From an uncultured virus (IMG/VR IMGVR_UViG_3300011754_000016) (taxonomy: Duplodnaviria > Heunggongvirae > Uroviricota > Caudoviricetes): a stretch of 20,000 bases of DNA. The DNA is taken from IMG/VR virus record IMGVR_UViG_3300011754_000016, positions 56,679-76,678 of that record. The stretch is one strand, 5' to 3'. Position numbers and translations under genes: made by a program. Numbering within the stretch: position 1 is the stretch's first letter; every line of letters starts with the position of its first letter. The notes beneath the pieces are model-generated. The model made no database searches. It saw only the letters and a list, made by a program, of their open reading frames with translations, and was not told the DNA's origin. Shown here piece after piece: positions 1-7,444 of this stretch.

Positions 1-658
1 CAAGCGCTCCTAGGCGGCGGTCTTGCTCGGACTCTTTAAAGTCTTCAGGTGCAATACCGCAAAGCGGCATTTCAACTTCGGCGATCATTTTCATTGATCG
101 TGAAAACTTATCAAGTGTGGTGGCGATACTGTCCGTCAAGACAAGCGCTTTTTGGATTTCTTCGCCATCGCCCCCAAACTCAACATCGTGGATCATTTGC
201 TCAGTTATCTCTATACCTTTGTCGGCAAGATGACCAAGACGAGCAAAGCGCCGGCGCGTCTTTTGGATGATGGCGGCACGAGCCTTGCTGTCCATCACCA
301 CCTTGTCGTAAATTTCCACTATTTTTTGCTGCATTGGTTCCAAACTGGTTCTTGGTTCCACCGCTTCGACATTATTAGTTTTTGATGGAACCACTTCGCT
401 TCTTGGTTCCAACTGGTTCCGTTTTTTCGCCTGTTTTGATGGTTTTGGTTCCACTGGTTCCGCCACTGGTTCCACTTTTCTAACTGTTTTGACCTTTTCC
501 CACCCCTCTTTATTTCTTTTCTTACTGATGGTTCCATTCGACTTTGGTGCATCATCACCAAAGTGAATCGTTAGTTCCTCAACCATTTCACGGTCGCTGA
601 TGTTTGGTGTATTCTCCCAAATAAACCTAGCAGCTGCCCAAACATCATCAAGCGGCAT
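1..658 (-). CDS. probable terminase small subunit (partial, runs off left edge)
   Basis: Not in ORF track. Manual translation from ATG 658 is open to base 1 (MPLDDVWAAARFIWENTPNISDREMVEELT...SKKRNKEGWEK...PEDFKESEQDRRLGAL). N-terminal HTH-like segment, low-complexity linker, helical C-terminus, and position after the early operon. Function is inferred. Confidence 0.55.
   Translation of the reverse strand, partial: MPLDDVWAAARFIWENTPNISDREMVEELTIHFGDDAPKSNGTISKKRNKEGWEKVKTVRKVEPVAEPVEPKPSKQAKKRNQLEPRSEVVPSKTNNVEAVEPRTSLEPMQQKIVEIYDKVVMDSKARAAIIQKTRRRFARLGHLADKGIEITEQMIHDVEFGGDGEEIQKALVLTDSIATTLDKFSRSMKMIAEVEMPLCGIAPEDFKESEQDRRLGAL
335..535. repeat. cluster of TGGTTCC/GGAACCA heptamers
   Basis: TGGTTCC at 335, 353, 404, 414, 446, 455, 467, 529; variant TGGTTCT at 346; inverted GGAACCA at 387. 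Confidence 0.85.
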
Positions 659-662
659 ATCC

Positions 663-1415
663 TTATACTTCATCAATCACTCCATCATCAATCACCTGTG
701 GGCGTGGTAGTGGCAAAGAAAACTGATAACCTCTACGCCGATCCAGCATCATGTGGTGTTTGTCTTCTAAATCGACACGCTCCATTCGCTGCGACAATTG
801 AGTTTGCACCGCCATTTGCTGCTTTAATATTTCATCTTCGATAATTCGGATCGTATCTTGAGCATCACGCAAAGCCTTTGCCATTTGAATTGATGGGATT
901 TGACCTGCCGGCAAGTCGCTTTTGATTTGATTGCAAAGCGCCTTAGCGTTTTCAAGCAGCGCACCTAAATTGTCCTGCGATACGCTTTTAACATGACCGA
1001 TCAAAACCTCTGCCATCTGATTGGTCAAAAAATCCACCATATCACGCGATTGGTTGACCACATGATTAACCGTCCCTGCCAGCGCATCAAGCTCAGGCTC
1101 AACCGACAAGCCGCATAAGTAATCAAGTGAGCAGCCGTAAAGCTCCTGAAACTTTAAAATCTCAATCACGGTTAAGCTTTTGCGCCCCTTTTCAATCTCG
1201 CAAATGCGGTTACGGTTGTCAGTCACACCCCAAATTGCTTTCATAACATCCGATTGACTAAGCCCTGCATTGTTTCGCGCGGCTCTTAAATTCGCTCCCA
1301 AAACCTCGTTAACGTCTTTAATATCACGATTTGTATAAATTATCCTTTTTGTCACAACGTCCCCCAGCTTGCCCGCCAATCCCAAACCCTCTATAATCTC
1401 GTTGTGACTCACCAT
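663..1415 (-). CDS. XRE-family HTH transcriptional regulator with helical C-terminal domain
   Basis: LGANLRAARNNAGLSQSDV...RICEIEKGRK...YGCSLDYLCGL is an HTH_3-type motif. An alternative start GTG 1355 follows GGGGGA. Confidence 0.8.
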   Translation of the reverse strand: MVSHNEIIEGLGLAGKLGDVVTKRIIYTNRDIKDVNEVLGANLRAARNNAGLSQSDVMKAIWGVTDNRNRICEIEKGRKSLTVIEILKFQELYGCSLDYLCGLSVEPELDALAGTVNHVVNQSRDMVDFLTNQMAEVLIGHVKSVSQDNLGALLENAKALCNQIKSDLPAGQIPSIQMAKALRDAQDTIRIIEDEILKQQMAVQTQLSQRMERVDLEDKHHMMLDRRRGYQFSLPLPRPQVIDDGVIDEV

Positions 1416-1457
1416 CGCACCAAAGCCACGCCCGCCAGCGTGGGTTTTTGCTTTTTT
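1369..1457 (+). ncRNA. putative antisense sRNA cassette 1 (promoter, ~50 nt RNA, terminator)
   Basis: TTGCCC 1369-74, 17 bp spacer, TATAAT 1392-97; stem CCACGC/GCGTGG 1426-43 followed by TTTTTGCTTTTTT. Confidence 0.5.
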
Positions 1458-1469
1458 AATGCCTACAAA

Positions 1470-1685
1470 TCAAACCCTATCAATCGCGCTGTTTTGCCAA
1501 TCACTCCCATCGTATTCATCGCCCAGATGGCACACCCCTCTAGGGCTGCCGAAAAACTCCTCAAGACCCTGCATGAGTTCGGACTTGCTTTTGTCATAAC
1601 CCCAGACCCAACCGTCAGCGTCAATAGCCGCACTTTTAACCCAATCCGGCGCACCATTAAAAACATCTTGCGTTAACTTTTTCAT
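1470..1685 (-). CDS. small phage hypothetical protein
   Basis: GAGGGA RBS; in operon; APDWVKSAAIDADG...WQNSAIDR pattern of small phage proteins. Confidence 0.75.
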   Translation of the reverse strand: MKKLTQDVFNGAPDWVKSAAIDADGWVWGYDKSKSELMQGLEEFFGSPRGVCHLGDEYDGSDWQNSAIDRV

Positions 1686-1692
1686 AATTCCC

Positions 1693-1998
1693 TCAACACT
1701 TATAAATTGAGTCGCTAACCGACCCCAAATTCAAATCAGCACAATCCGTCAATGCGCCACCTTCAGCATCCCAGCGGTGGCTATCGCCTTCGGTATCGAT
1801 CTTGCCATCCTCACCGATTAGGTAGGTGCAGCTATAGCGCTGCAAATCATGGTTGTAGCTCATACCAACACAAAGCACACCATCAACCGTAAGCGCGATA
1901 TTTTTAAAGTATGCCCAAGCATTTGGCTTGTTGGCTCGCGCAGCATCACGCCGTTTGAGCCACTCTTTTTGACCAGCCGTAAAAGCTTTATCGCTCAT
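1693..1998 (-). CDS. hypothetical protein
   Basis: 101 aa; overlaps the upstream gene end; operon-packed. Confidence 0.7.
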   Translation of the reverse strand: MSDKAFTAGQKEWLKRRDAARANKPNAWAYFKNIALTVDGVLCVGMSYNHDLQRYSCTYLIGEDGKIDTEGDSHRWDAEGGALTDCADLNLGSVSDSIYKC

Positions 1999-2182
1999 TT
2001 GCCATCACCGCAATCAAGCTTGCCAGCGCAGAACCGCCCAAAACGCAAACTACGCCACCGTAAAAGCAGCTCATGCTACCGCTGAAATACCACTGCCAAA
2101 GCATTAATGCGGCGGCAAGCGCTTGAAATAAGCTGCTAAAAGTTAGGATTGGTCGGCGTGCGAACTTGTCAATCAGTTTCAT
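1988..2182 (-). CDS. small membrane protein (2 TM)
   Basis: Two hydrophobic stretches; ATGA overlap with upstream gene. Confidence 0.7.
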   Translation of the reverse strand: MKLIDKFARRPILTFSSLFQALAAALMLWQWYFSGSMSCFYGGVVCVLGGSALASLIAVMANER

Positions 2183-2355
2183 TTCGCACCCGCCTTTGCC
2201 TTACTATCGCGCACCAAATACCATGCGCTAAATAATGCACAAACCACTCCGCAAAACAGGCTCAGCCAATTGCCGTCAGCCACGCCTGCCAGCGCCAGTC
2301 CGACCGCAGCAATAGCCGCGATCAACGCTATGACTTGATTAAAGCTGAGATTCAT
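2179..2355 (-). CDS. small membrane protein (2 TM)
   Basis: Start ATG 2355 after AAGGAG; VIALIAAIAAVGLALAGV and WLSLFCGVVCALFSAWYLV. Confidence 0.7.
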   Translation of the reverse strand: MNLSFNQVIALIAAIAAVGLALAGVADGNWLSLFCGVVCALFSAWYLVRDSKAKAGAK

Positions 2356-2527
2356 GATGTGCTCCTTGTGCCTCATAGTCGTTTACCGCCTCCACCAGTA
2401 AATCCACCGATTCCACCATCATTTCAGCGTAAAAAATTTCACCAGTTGCGGTCTTATCGCTTTCATACTCCTTAAGCGAATCCCTTACTTTTTTCGCCGC
2501 CTCAATAACCGCTTGTGATCTATCCAT
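2339..2527 (-). CDS. hypothetical protein
   Basis: 62 aa helical protein; GGAG RBS; operon-packed. Confidence 0.65.
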   Translation of the reverse strand: MDRSQAVIEAAKKVRDSLKEYESDKTATGEIFYAEMMVESVDLLVEAVNDYEAQGAHHESQL

Positions 2528-3140
2528 GGGTCACACTCTCCATTGCCGCTTCACCTGCCAGCGCCATATAAGCCGCCCCATCAATGTAATTGTCCGGCTT
2601 GTCCTCGCCTTGCTCTGAGCGCACCAATTTGACGATGACCATAAACTTATTGCCCTGCTCAGGCGTGAGCTTAATGCCCGTTACTGCCTCAAAAGCAGCT
2701 ACAATTTGCGGCATTGAGCGTTCTTTATCGTTGCCGTTTTTATCGTAAGACTTGCCACGTTCAACCATGATGGCAATGGCGTCTTTTAGGATTTGGTCGG
2801 CGGTTGATCTCTTAGAAAAAGTTTTTAAAAAATCCGAAATCGGTAGCGCCATAAAGCCCGGTCCACCAGTATATTGATACTCAATAACCGTTGATGTGAT
2901 CCGCGTTACTTCACACTCATACCCGCTTTCGTTAAACCATCCACGACCAAGCTCTATCTGCTTCATAGGCGCGGTATCTTCTATACCGTCAATATCCGCG
3001 CTATCGTCTGAGCAGTTTTTAATGAACTGGCACATTTGGCAGACACCACCATTTTTAATAGCGATAGCATCAATGCTTTGCGGCGCTTGGATCTTGCCGC
3101 AACTTGGGCAATAATCTTTCCATTCTTTAACATCACTCAC
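2520..3140 (-). CDS. Zn-finger plus DUF6378-like domain protein
   Basis: N-terminal CPSC...CQMC; C-terminal ERGKSYD...ERSM..IVAAFEAVTG..LT..G..FM..VKLVR....KPDNYIDGAAYMALAGE. Confidence 0.7.
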   Translation of the reverse strand: MSDVKEWKDYCPSCGKIQAPQSIDAIAIKNGGVCQMCQFIKNCSDDSADIDGIEDTAPMKQIELGRGWFNESGYECEVTRITSTVIEYQYTGGPGFMALPISDFLKTFSKRSTADQILKDAIAIMVERGKSYDKNGNDKERSMPQIVAAFEAVTGIKLTPEQGNKFMVIVKLVRSEQGEDKPDNYIDGAAYMALAGEAAMESVTHG

Positions 3141-3484
3141 AGCCCTGCTCCTTGTTTGATCGCTTCTGATAATTCATTAAGTTTTTCGCTACGGTCGCTC
3201 AAATAACCTACCTGAGACAACACTTCGGGACGCGCCGGCAAGTCGTAGCCCTTTGATCTGCAAAAACTGCTAATCGCATTGGCGTCATCAAGACACGTTA
3301 ATGCGCCGATTTTATTTTCAATTTTTGATAGCTTTGATACTTGCCAGCCCATCACGTCAGCCATACTTAGCAGCGTTAAGCCGCATTTTTGGCGCATTTT
3401 TCTGATCTCAACACCCAAAGCGCAGGCAAGGTTTACATCATCAGGACTTTTAATCATTAAGTCGTACTCATTCACAACTTCCAC
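3137..3484 (-). CDS. XRE-type HTH protein
   Basis: LGVEIRKMRQKCGLTLLSMADVMGWQVSKLSKIEN. Confidence 0.75.
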   Translation of the reverse strand: MEVVNEYDLMIKSPDDVNLACALGVEIRKMRQKCGLTLLSMADVMGWQVSKLSKIENKIGALTCLDDANAISSFCRSKGYDLPARPEVLSQVGYLSDRSEKLNELSEAIKQGAGL

Positions 3485-3942
3485 TCCTTCAGATTTTTAT
3501 TGTTTGTTTCGTAAATCTCGATGCCGTACTTATCAAGCATATTTTTTGCTTTATTGATATAGGTTTGCGTTCGGCGACCTTTGAAATCCTCAACCACCTC
3601 GCGCCCTGTTTGGTTATTGAAATAAACAAAGTCGGCGATATAAAACATAGCGCGAACGGTCACGCCGCTGTCTGTTTTGGTTTTTGGTGTCAGCTTGTAC
3701 TTGACCTGCAAGCGCAAATCTTTAACCAAACCCTTGCGCTCAAAATCTCGCAATTGCTTGTAACGCTCACCTTCGCCAATTGAGTCAAATTTAATGCCGT
3801 CAATAACTACCGGCTCATTGTTATATTTGCGCTTGGCTGGCTTGTCGGTAGCAAACGCGGCAAGTTTGGCTTTGTTTTTAAGACCCACCTTGCTTGCCGC
3901 AATATCCGACCAAGACAGCTTTGATTTTGGTCGCTTAGCCAT
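3472..3942 (-). CDS. DUF1064-family PD-(D/E)xK nuclease (resolvase-like)
   Basis: KYNN..V.IDGIKFDS..E..RY..L, LQVKY, YIADFVY, VEDFKG; start ATG 3942. Confidence 0.85.
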   Translation of the reverse strand: MAKRPKSKLSWSDIAASKVGLKNKAKLAAFATDKPAKRKYNNEPVVIDGIKFDSIGEGERYKQLRDFERKGLVKDLRLQVKYKLTPKTKTDSGVTVRAMFYIADFVYFNNQTGREVVEDFKGRRTQTYINKAKNMLDKYGIEIYETNNKNLKEWKL

Positions 3943-4651
3943 GCTGCTTGCCCGCCTTAACGATCTGCGCAACTGTGGTGGCGTTCGCCTTGGCGATCAC
4001 CTCAAACTGAGAATAAGCTTCGCTCAACGTCGCTTTTTTGATGCTGTTAATTTCTGCCACCAAAGCATCAAGGTCCATGCCGCCAAGCTTGAATTTCAAC
4101 CAAGCACGTTCAAGCAATAGCCCTTGTTTTTCTTTCGCACTTAAACCCTTAGCGATAACCGGCTCAGGTTGAGCCATAATCTTGCGCTCAGGCGCTTTTG
4201 GAAGGTCTTTTGGCGCATTGGTCGCTTTTACACTTTTAAGCGGCTTATATGGCGTTTTTGGCTTATCTAGGATTTCAGCTTTTGGCTTTTCGGATTCTTG
4301 AACTGTCCGGATTTTCCGGATAGTTGGTTTTGTCTCGCCTGCCGGCAAGTCGAAATTTTGGTTGATAACATCTGCCCTAGTCCGTCTCACTGCCCTTACT
4401 TGGTTGTAAGTCAAAGCAAGTGGAGCGCTGCCAGTTTCGAGGTTTTGCTTAGCCTTGTTGTAATTCGTTTTGGCTTTGGCATGGGCTTCATCGTTTGCTT
4501 TGTAGCCATTAAATTTAGGTTTGTACTCACCAAACTTGCGCTTTTGCTCAGGATCGTCTAGGTCCGTATAGCCTTTTTCAGCCATGTGCCGCTCGATCTT
4601 CTGCTCCCAAGTTTCTTCTTCGACCTCGGGATTTTGGGGTTTAGTAGTCAT
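3935..4651 (-). CDS. hypothetical Lys/Glu/Pro-rich protein
   Basis: ATG 4651 after AAGGAGG; ATGA overlap with the MTase stop. Confidence 0.75.
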   Translation of the reverse strand: MTTKPQNPEVEEETWEQKIERHMAEKGYTDLDDPEQKRKFGEYKPKFNGYKANDEAHAKAKTNYNKAKQNLETGSAPLALTYNQVRAVRRTRADVINQNFDLPAGETKPTIRKIRTVQESEKPKAEILDKPKTPYKPLKSVKATNAPKDLPKAPERKIMAQPEPVIAKGLSAKEKQGLLLERAWLKFKLGGMDLDALVAEINSIKKATLSEAYSQFEVIAKANATTVAQIVKAGKQHG

Positions 4652-6075
4652 GCAACCTCCTTGAGGTAAACTTTGATTGCTACTGCTTGCTGAATCCGCT
4701 GACCGATCCATGCCATCACATTAACCGCCATTGAGTTGCCAAGCGCTTTGTAACGTGGACTATCAGGACAATCGCTTGCCGGCTTGCCGCGATAAGGAAT
4801 TTTGGTAAATCCATCGGGAAATCCTTGTAATCGCTCACACTCCATCGGCGTAAGCCTACGGACAACGCTTGGCGGTTGGAAAACCGATTGCGGCTGCTTG
4901 GCGTTGTGTGCGCACAGTGTTGCTGCAACCTCTTCATTCAAGCTAAGGCTCATATTTGCACTGTCAAAAGAATGAACGTTGGCTTTCTGCGGAATCAAAA
5001 CTAATGGCTTGGTTTCTAAATCTGCGCCGCCCTGACCATAGGAGGCGGTGATAGCATTAACCTTAGCTGCATCCAAGGCGGTAGGCGAACAGCCGTAAGC
5101 CACGCCATGACGATCAGTTGCTGTCAATGTGTAGCAAGCGCCTGAAGCATCAAAGCCATTACCATTGCCACCATTACCTTCTGAGCGACCAATGATGTTG
5201 CCAGCGATAGCAATGACATTTTCCTGACCGCTATTGCGACCAAGCGCGTTAGCTACATGAGAGTTGCAAATCGGGTCTTGCGAGCCATGGCAGACGATCA
5301 GGTCTGTGGCATCTTTATAGTCACGAGCGGCGCAAGTTGATGCGATCTCGCCGTCCTTGTATTCGCCTACTCTTTGCTTTGCAAAGCCCTTAACTCCAAG
5401 GCGTCCTTAAGCATTGGTGGTAGCACTTTGCCGCGTTTCTCGGCTCGGCGCAGAATCCCCGCGCAAGCTTTCGCGCTCAAGTAATATCGGTGGTCGACTT
5501 GCCCACTCTCCAAAGTCGATGACAGCAAACACACGCTTGCGCCGCTGCGCCAATCCGAAGAATTGTGCGTCCAAAACTGCCCATTCGAGCAATCCATGAT
5601 CGCCCAACGCCGCGCCTTCGCGTCCCCAACCGTGTTTGGGTGTTTCAATGTCGCTGAGTCCTGCCATGTGGCTAACCACTGCTGCAAAGTCTGCGCCCTT
5701 GTTTGAGCTGAATGCGCCCGGTACGTTTTCCCAAAGTGCAAATCTTGTGTTGCAGTGTTTTCTTGCATGCTTAATAACTTCCATTGCTGCGTAAAATAGT
5801 GAGGAGTGCTTGCCGGCAAGCCCCATACGGTTTCCGGCGACCGATAAATTTTGGCAAGGCGAACCAAAGACCACCAAGTCAATCTGCCCTAAATCCTTGA
5901 TTTGCTGCTCAGTGATTTTGGTCACGTCACCTAAATTTGGAACGCTTGGGTAATGATGCTCAAGCACGGCGCAAGGGAACGGCTCAATTTCGCTGACTGC
6001 GACACATTCCCAACCAAGTGGCGCCCATGCCTGCGTTGCTGCTTCGATTCCGCTGAACAAACTTAGATACCTCAC
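4648..6075 (-). pseudogene. C5 cytosine DNA methyltransferase (alpha frame) interrupted by one in-frame TAA at 5407-5409
   Basis: Motif I SLFSGIEA, IV GSPCQ, VI WENVPG, VIII AQRRKRVF in 5407-6075. The same frame stays open past the TAA to motif IX RRLTPMECERLQGFP and X YKALGNSM (475 codons in total). Confidence 0.8.
5367..5768 (-). CDS. nested alternative-frame ORF within the MTase (beta-polypeptide-like)
   Basis: Frame open 5882-5367, likely ATG 5768 (133 aa); ends LSSTLESGQVDHRYYLSAKACAGILRRAEKRGKVLPPML..AL, a motif I associate with phage MTase-overlapping ORFs. Confidence 0.65.
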   Translation of the reverse strand: MQENTATQDLHFGKTYRAHSAQTRAQTLQQWLATWQDSATLKHPNTVGDAKARRWAIMDCSNGQFWTHNSSDWRSGASVCLLSSTLESGQVDHRYYLSAKACAGILRRAEKRGKVLPPMLKDALELRALQSKE

Positions 6076-6239
6076 GCGCTCACCTCCTCAAATCCCTGCA
6101 TTAATGTCTTGAGCGACACGATGCCATTAAAGCAGCCGTTTAGATGTTTGTACTCAAAGCGACCATGCTCAAGTTTTTCGACAATCTCAATTCTCATACC
6201 ACCATCCGCGATCCACTGACTACCGATCTTGATTTTCAT
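6072..6239 (-). CDS. small beta-rich hypothetical protein
   Basis: ATG 6239 after AAGGAG (MKIKIGSQWIADGG...); GTGA overlap with the MTase start. Confidence 0.7.
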   Translation of the reverse strand: MKIKIGSQWIADGGMRIEIVEKLEHGRFEYKHLNGCFNGIVSLKTLMQGFEEVSA

Positions 6240-6249
6240 GCCTAGCTCC

Positions 6250-6603
6250 TTAAAACTCTTTCGTTGCCATTTCAGCGTGAACTTCCCAAAGTGTCGGTTG
6301 CTTGATTCTGACTTCCGTGACTTGGTTGCAGTGGTGGCACTTGGTTTTTCTCTTACCATCAAGCCGGCGCTCAATAATTTTATTCTTAGCTGCTTCGCGC
6401 TTAGTGTCTTCAGAATATCGCTCAAGTCTTTTAGCCCAATCATCTAACGCATCTGAGTAACTCATGATGGCGTCAAAAGGGTCTAACGCTGTTTTGCAAT
6501 CCTTGCAAGTGATGGATTTATTGGCTCTATCGATCACAAGGTTGTCATGCTCGCAAGAGTTAACGACCTGAAATTCTTTTTGCTCAAACTTGATAACACT
6601 CAT
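6250..6603 (-). CDS. Zn-finger phage protein
   Basis: CEH...CKDC...LDPFDA and C-terminal CHHC; GGAGG RBS. Confidence 0.75.
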   Translation of the reverse strand: MSVIKFEQKEFQVVNSCEHDNLVIDRANKSITCKDCKTALDPFDAIMSYSDALDDWAKRLERYSEDTKREAAKNKIIERRLDGKRKTKCHHCNQVTEVRIKQPTLWEVHAEMATKEF

Positions 6604-6605
6604 GC

Positions 6606-6773
6606 CTAGCCCTCCACTAATTCACCAATCAAAACAGAGGTCATTACACCCAAGCCAAACGCCCAGCTATTAAGCCCCGTGACAACAAGCGCAAAAAGAT
6701 TCACTAAGAACCAAAACACCAAGAACGGTTGCCAATAGCGCGAGTTACTAAAATTATTTAATAGATTCATCAT
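6606..6773 (-). CDS. small membrane protein (55 aa, 2 TM)
   Basis: Not in track; MMNLLNNFSNSRYWQPFLVFWFLVNLFALVVTGLNSWAFGLGVMTSVLIGELVEG; ATGA-coupled and fills the gap. Confidence 0.6.
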   Translation of the reverse strand: MMNLLNNFSNSRYWQPFLVFWFLVNLFALVVTGLNSWAFGLGVMTSVLIGELVEG

Positions 6774-7444
6774 TGCACCGCCGCCTTACCTTTACTGCCA
6801 AACTGCTCAAAAAAGGCGTCAATCTTGGCGTTAAATGGGCTGTTTGGTTGGACTGGCGTGTGTGAGTAGCTCAGTTGGCGCTCTTTCGGTAGTGCAAACT
6901 GAGCGCCGCTGGCGTGCTCACTACAGACCTTGGGGTAATGCTGTTGCCAAGACTTGTAAGTCACGCTTTCCGATTTGGATTTCAAATCCCAAAACCCAAC
7001 GCGGCGGGCAGTCTCATAAATCACCGCATGGGCGCTGTAGTTGCTGTTGGCAGCGTCAAGGTAGGCTTGGCGCATATCAGGGTAGTTGTTAATTAATTCG
7101 CCTCTGATCACGTTGATAAAATCCGTTGCGGTCGTCGGTGGCCAGCCGTTTAACTCTCTTGCAAAGCAAGCTTTAGTTGTTCCCTCAATCAGCTCTTTTT
7201 CTGTGATGGCAAATTCATTCAATACTGACGTCCAAAGCAAGATATTGGTCAGCCCCCATTCCTCATCTTTCATTTTTGATTTAAAGTAAATCTTCCACTT
7301 AGCGAACATTTCAGCGACCTGGGTTTTATTGATACTGATTTGCGTCGTATTCTGCGAGCTGTCTTGCAAGGTCTGCGGCATACGCATCAGCGCTTGATTG
7401 TTTTGGTTGCTGATATTGGCTGTTAGCTGATTGATGGTTTGCAT
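6770..7444 (-). CDS. replication protein P-like (helicase loader)
   Basis: Directly follows the initiator; W..L....E...G...WPPT..DF and AY.DA...VIYETARRVG..DL pattern. Confidence 0.65.
   Translation of the reverse strand: MQTINQLTANISNQNNQALMRMPQTLQDSSQNTTQISINKTQVAEMFAKWKIYFKSKMKDEEWGLTNILLWTSVLNEFAITEKELIEGTTKACFARELNGWPPTTATDFINVIRGELINNYPDMRQAYLDAANSNYSAHAVIYETARRVGFWDLKSKSESVTYKSWQQHYPKVCSEHASGAQFALPKERQLSYSHTPVQPNSPFNAKIDAFFEQFGSKGKAAVQ

Noticed and set aside
49..385. Plus-strand ORFs of 73 and 77 aa
   Set aside because: Antisense shadows of the terS-like gene; no convincing RBS or motifs
335..535. Possible CRISPR or mini-array
   Set aside because: The repeat is only 7 bp with irregular short spacing, lies inside a CDS, and has no spacer structure or cas genes
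319..561. 80-aa ORF with WNQ repeats
   Set aside because: Alternative-frame reading of the GGAACCA cluster within the longer ORF 658..1
1988..2355. Two adjacent 2-TM proteins as holin/antiholin
   Set aside because: No endolysin nearby, and they lie in the early accessory region
4648..5127. Independent 159-aa MTase C-terminal gene
   Set aside because: The TTG start has no clear RBS and falls mid-module; the frame is continuous with the N-terminal half apart from one TAA
5128..5406. Intron, intein or IS insertion splitting the MTase
   Set aside because: The region translates in frame as ordinary TRD-like sequence with no terminal repeats or splice motifs
6240..6443. N-terminal extension of ORF 6072..6443
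   Set aside because: Overlaps the Zn-finger gene; the strong RBS supports ATG 6239
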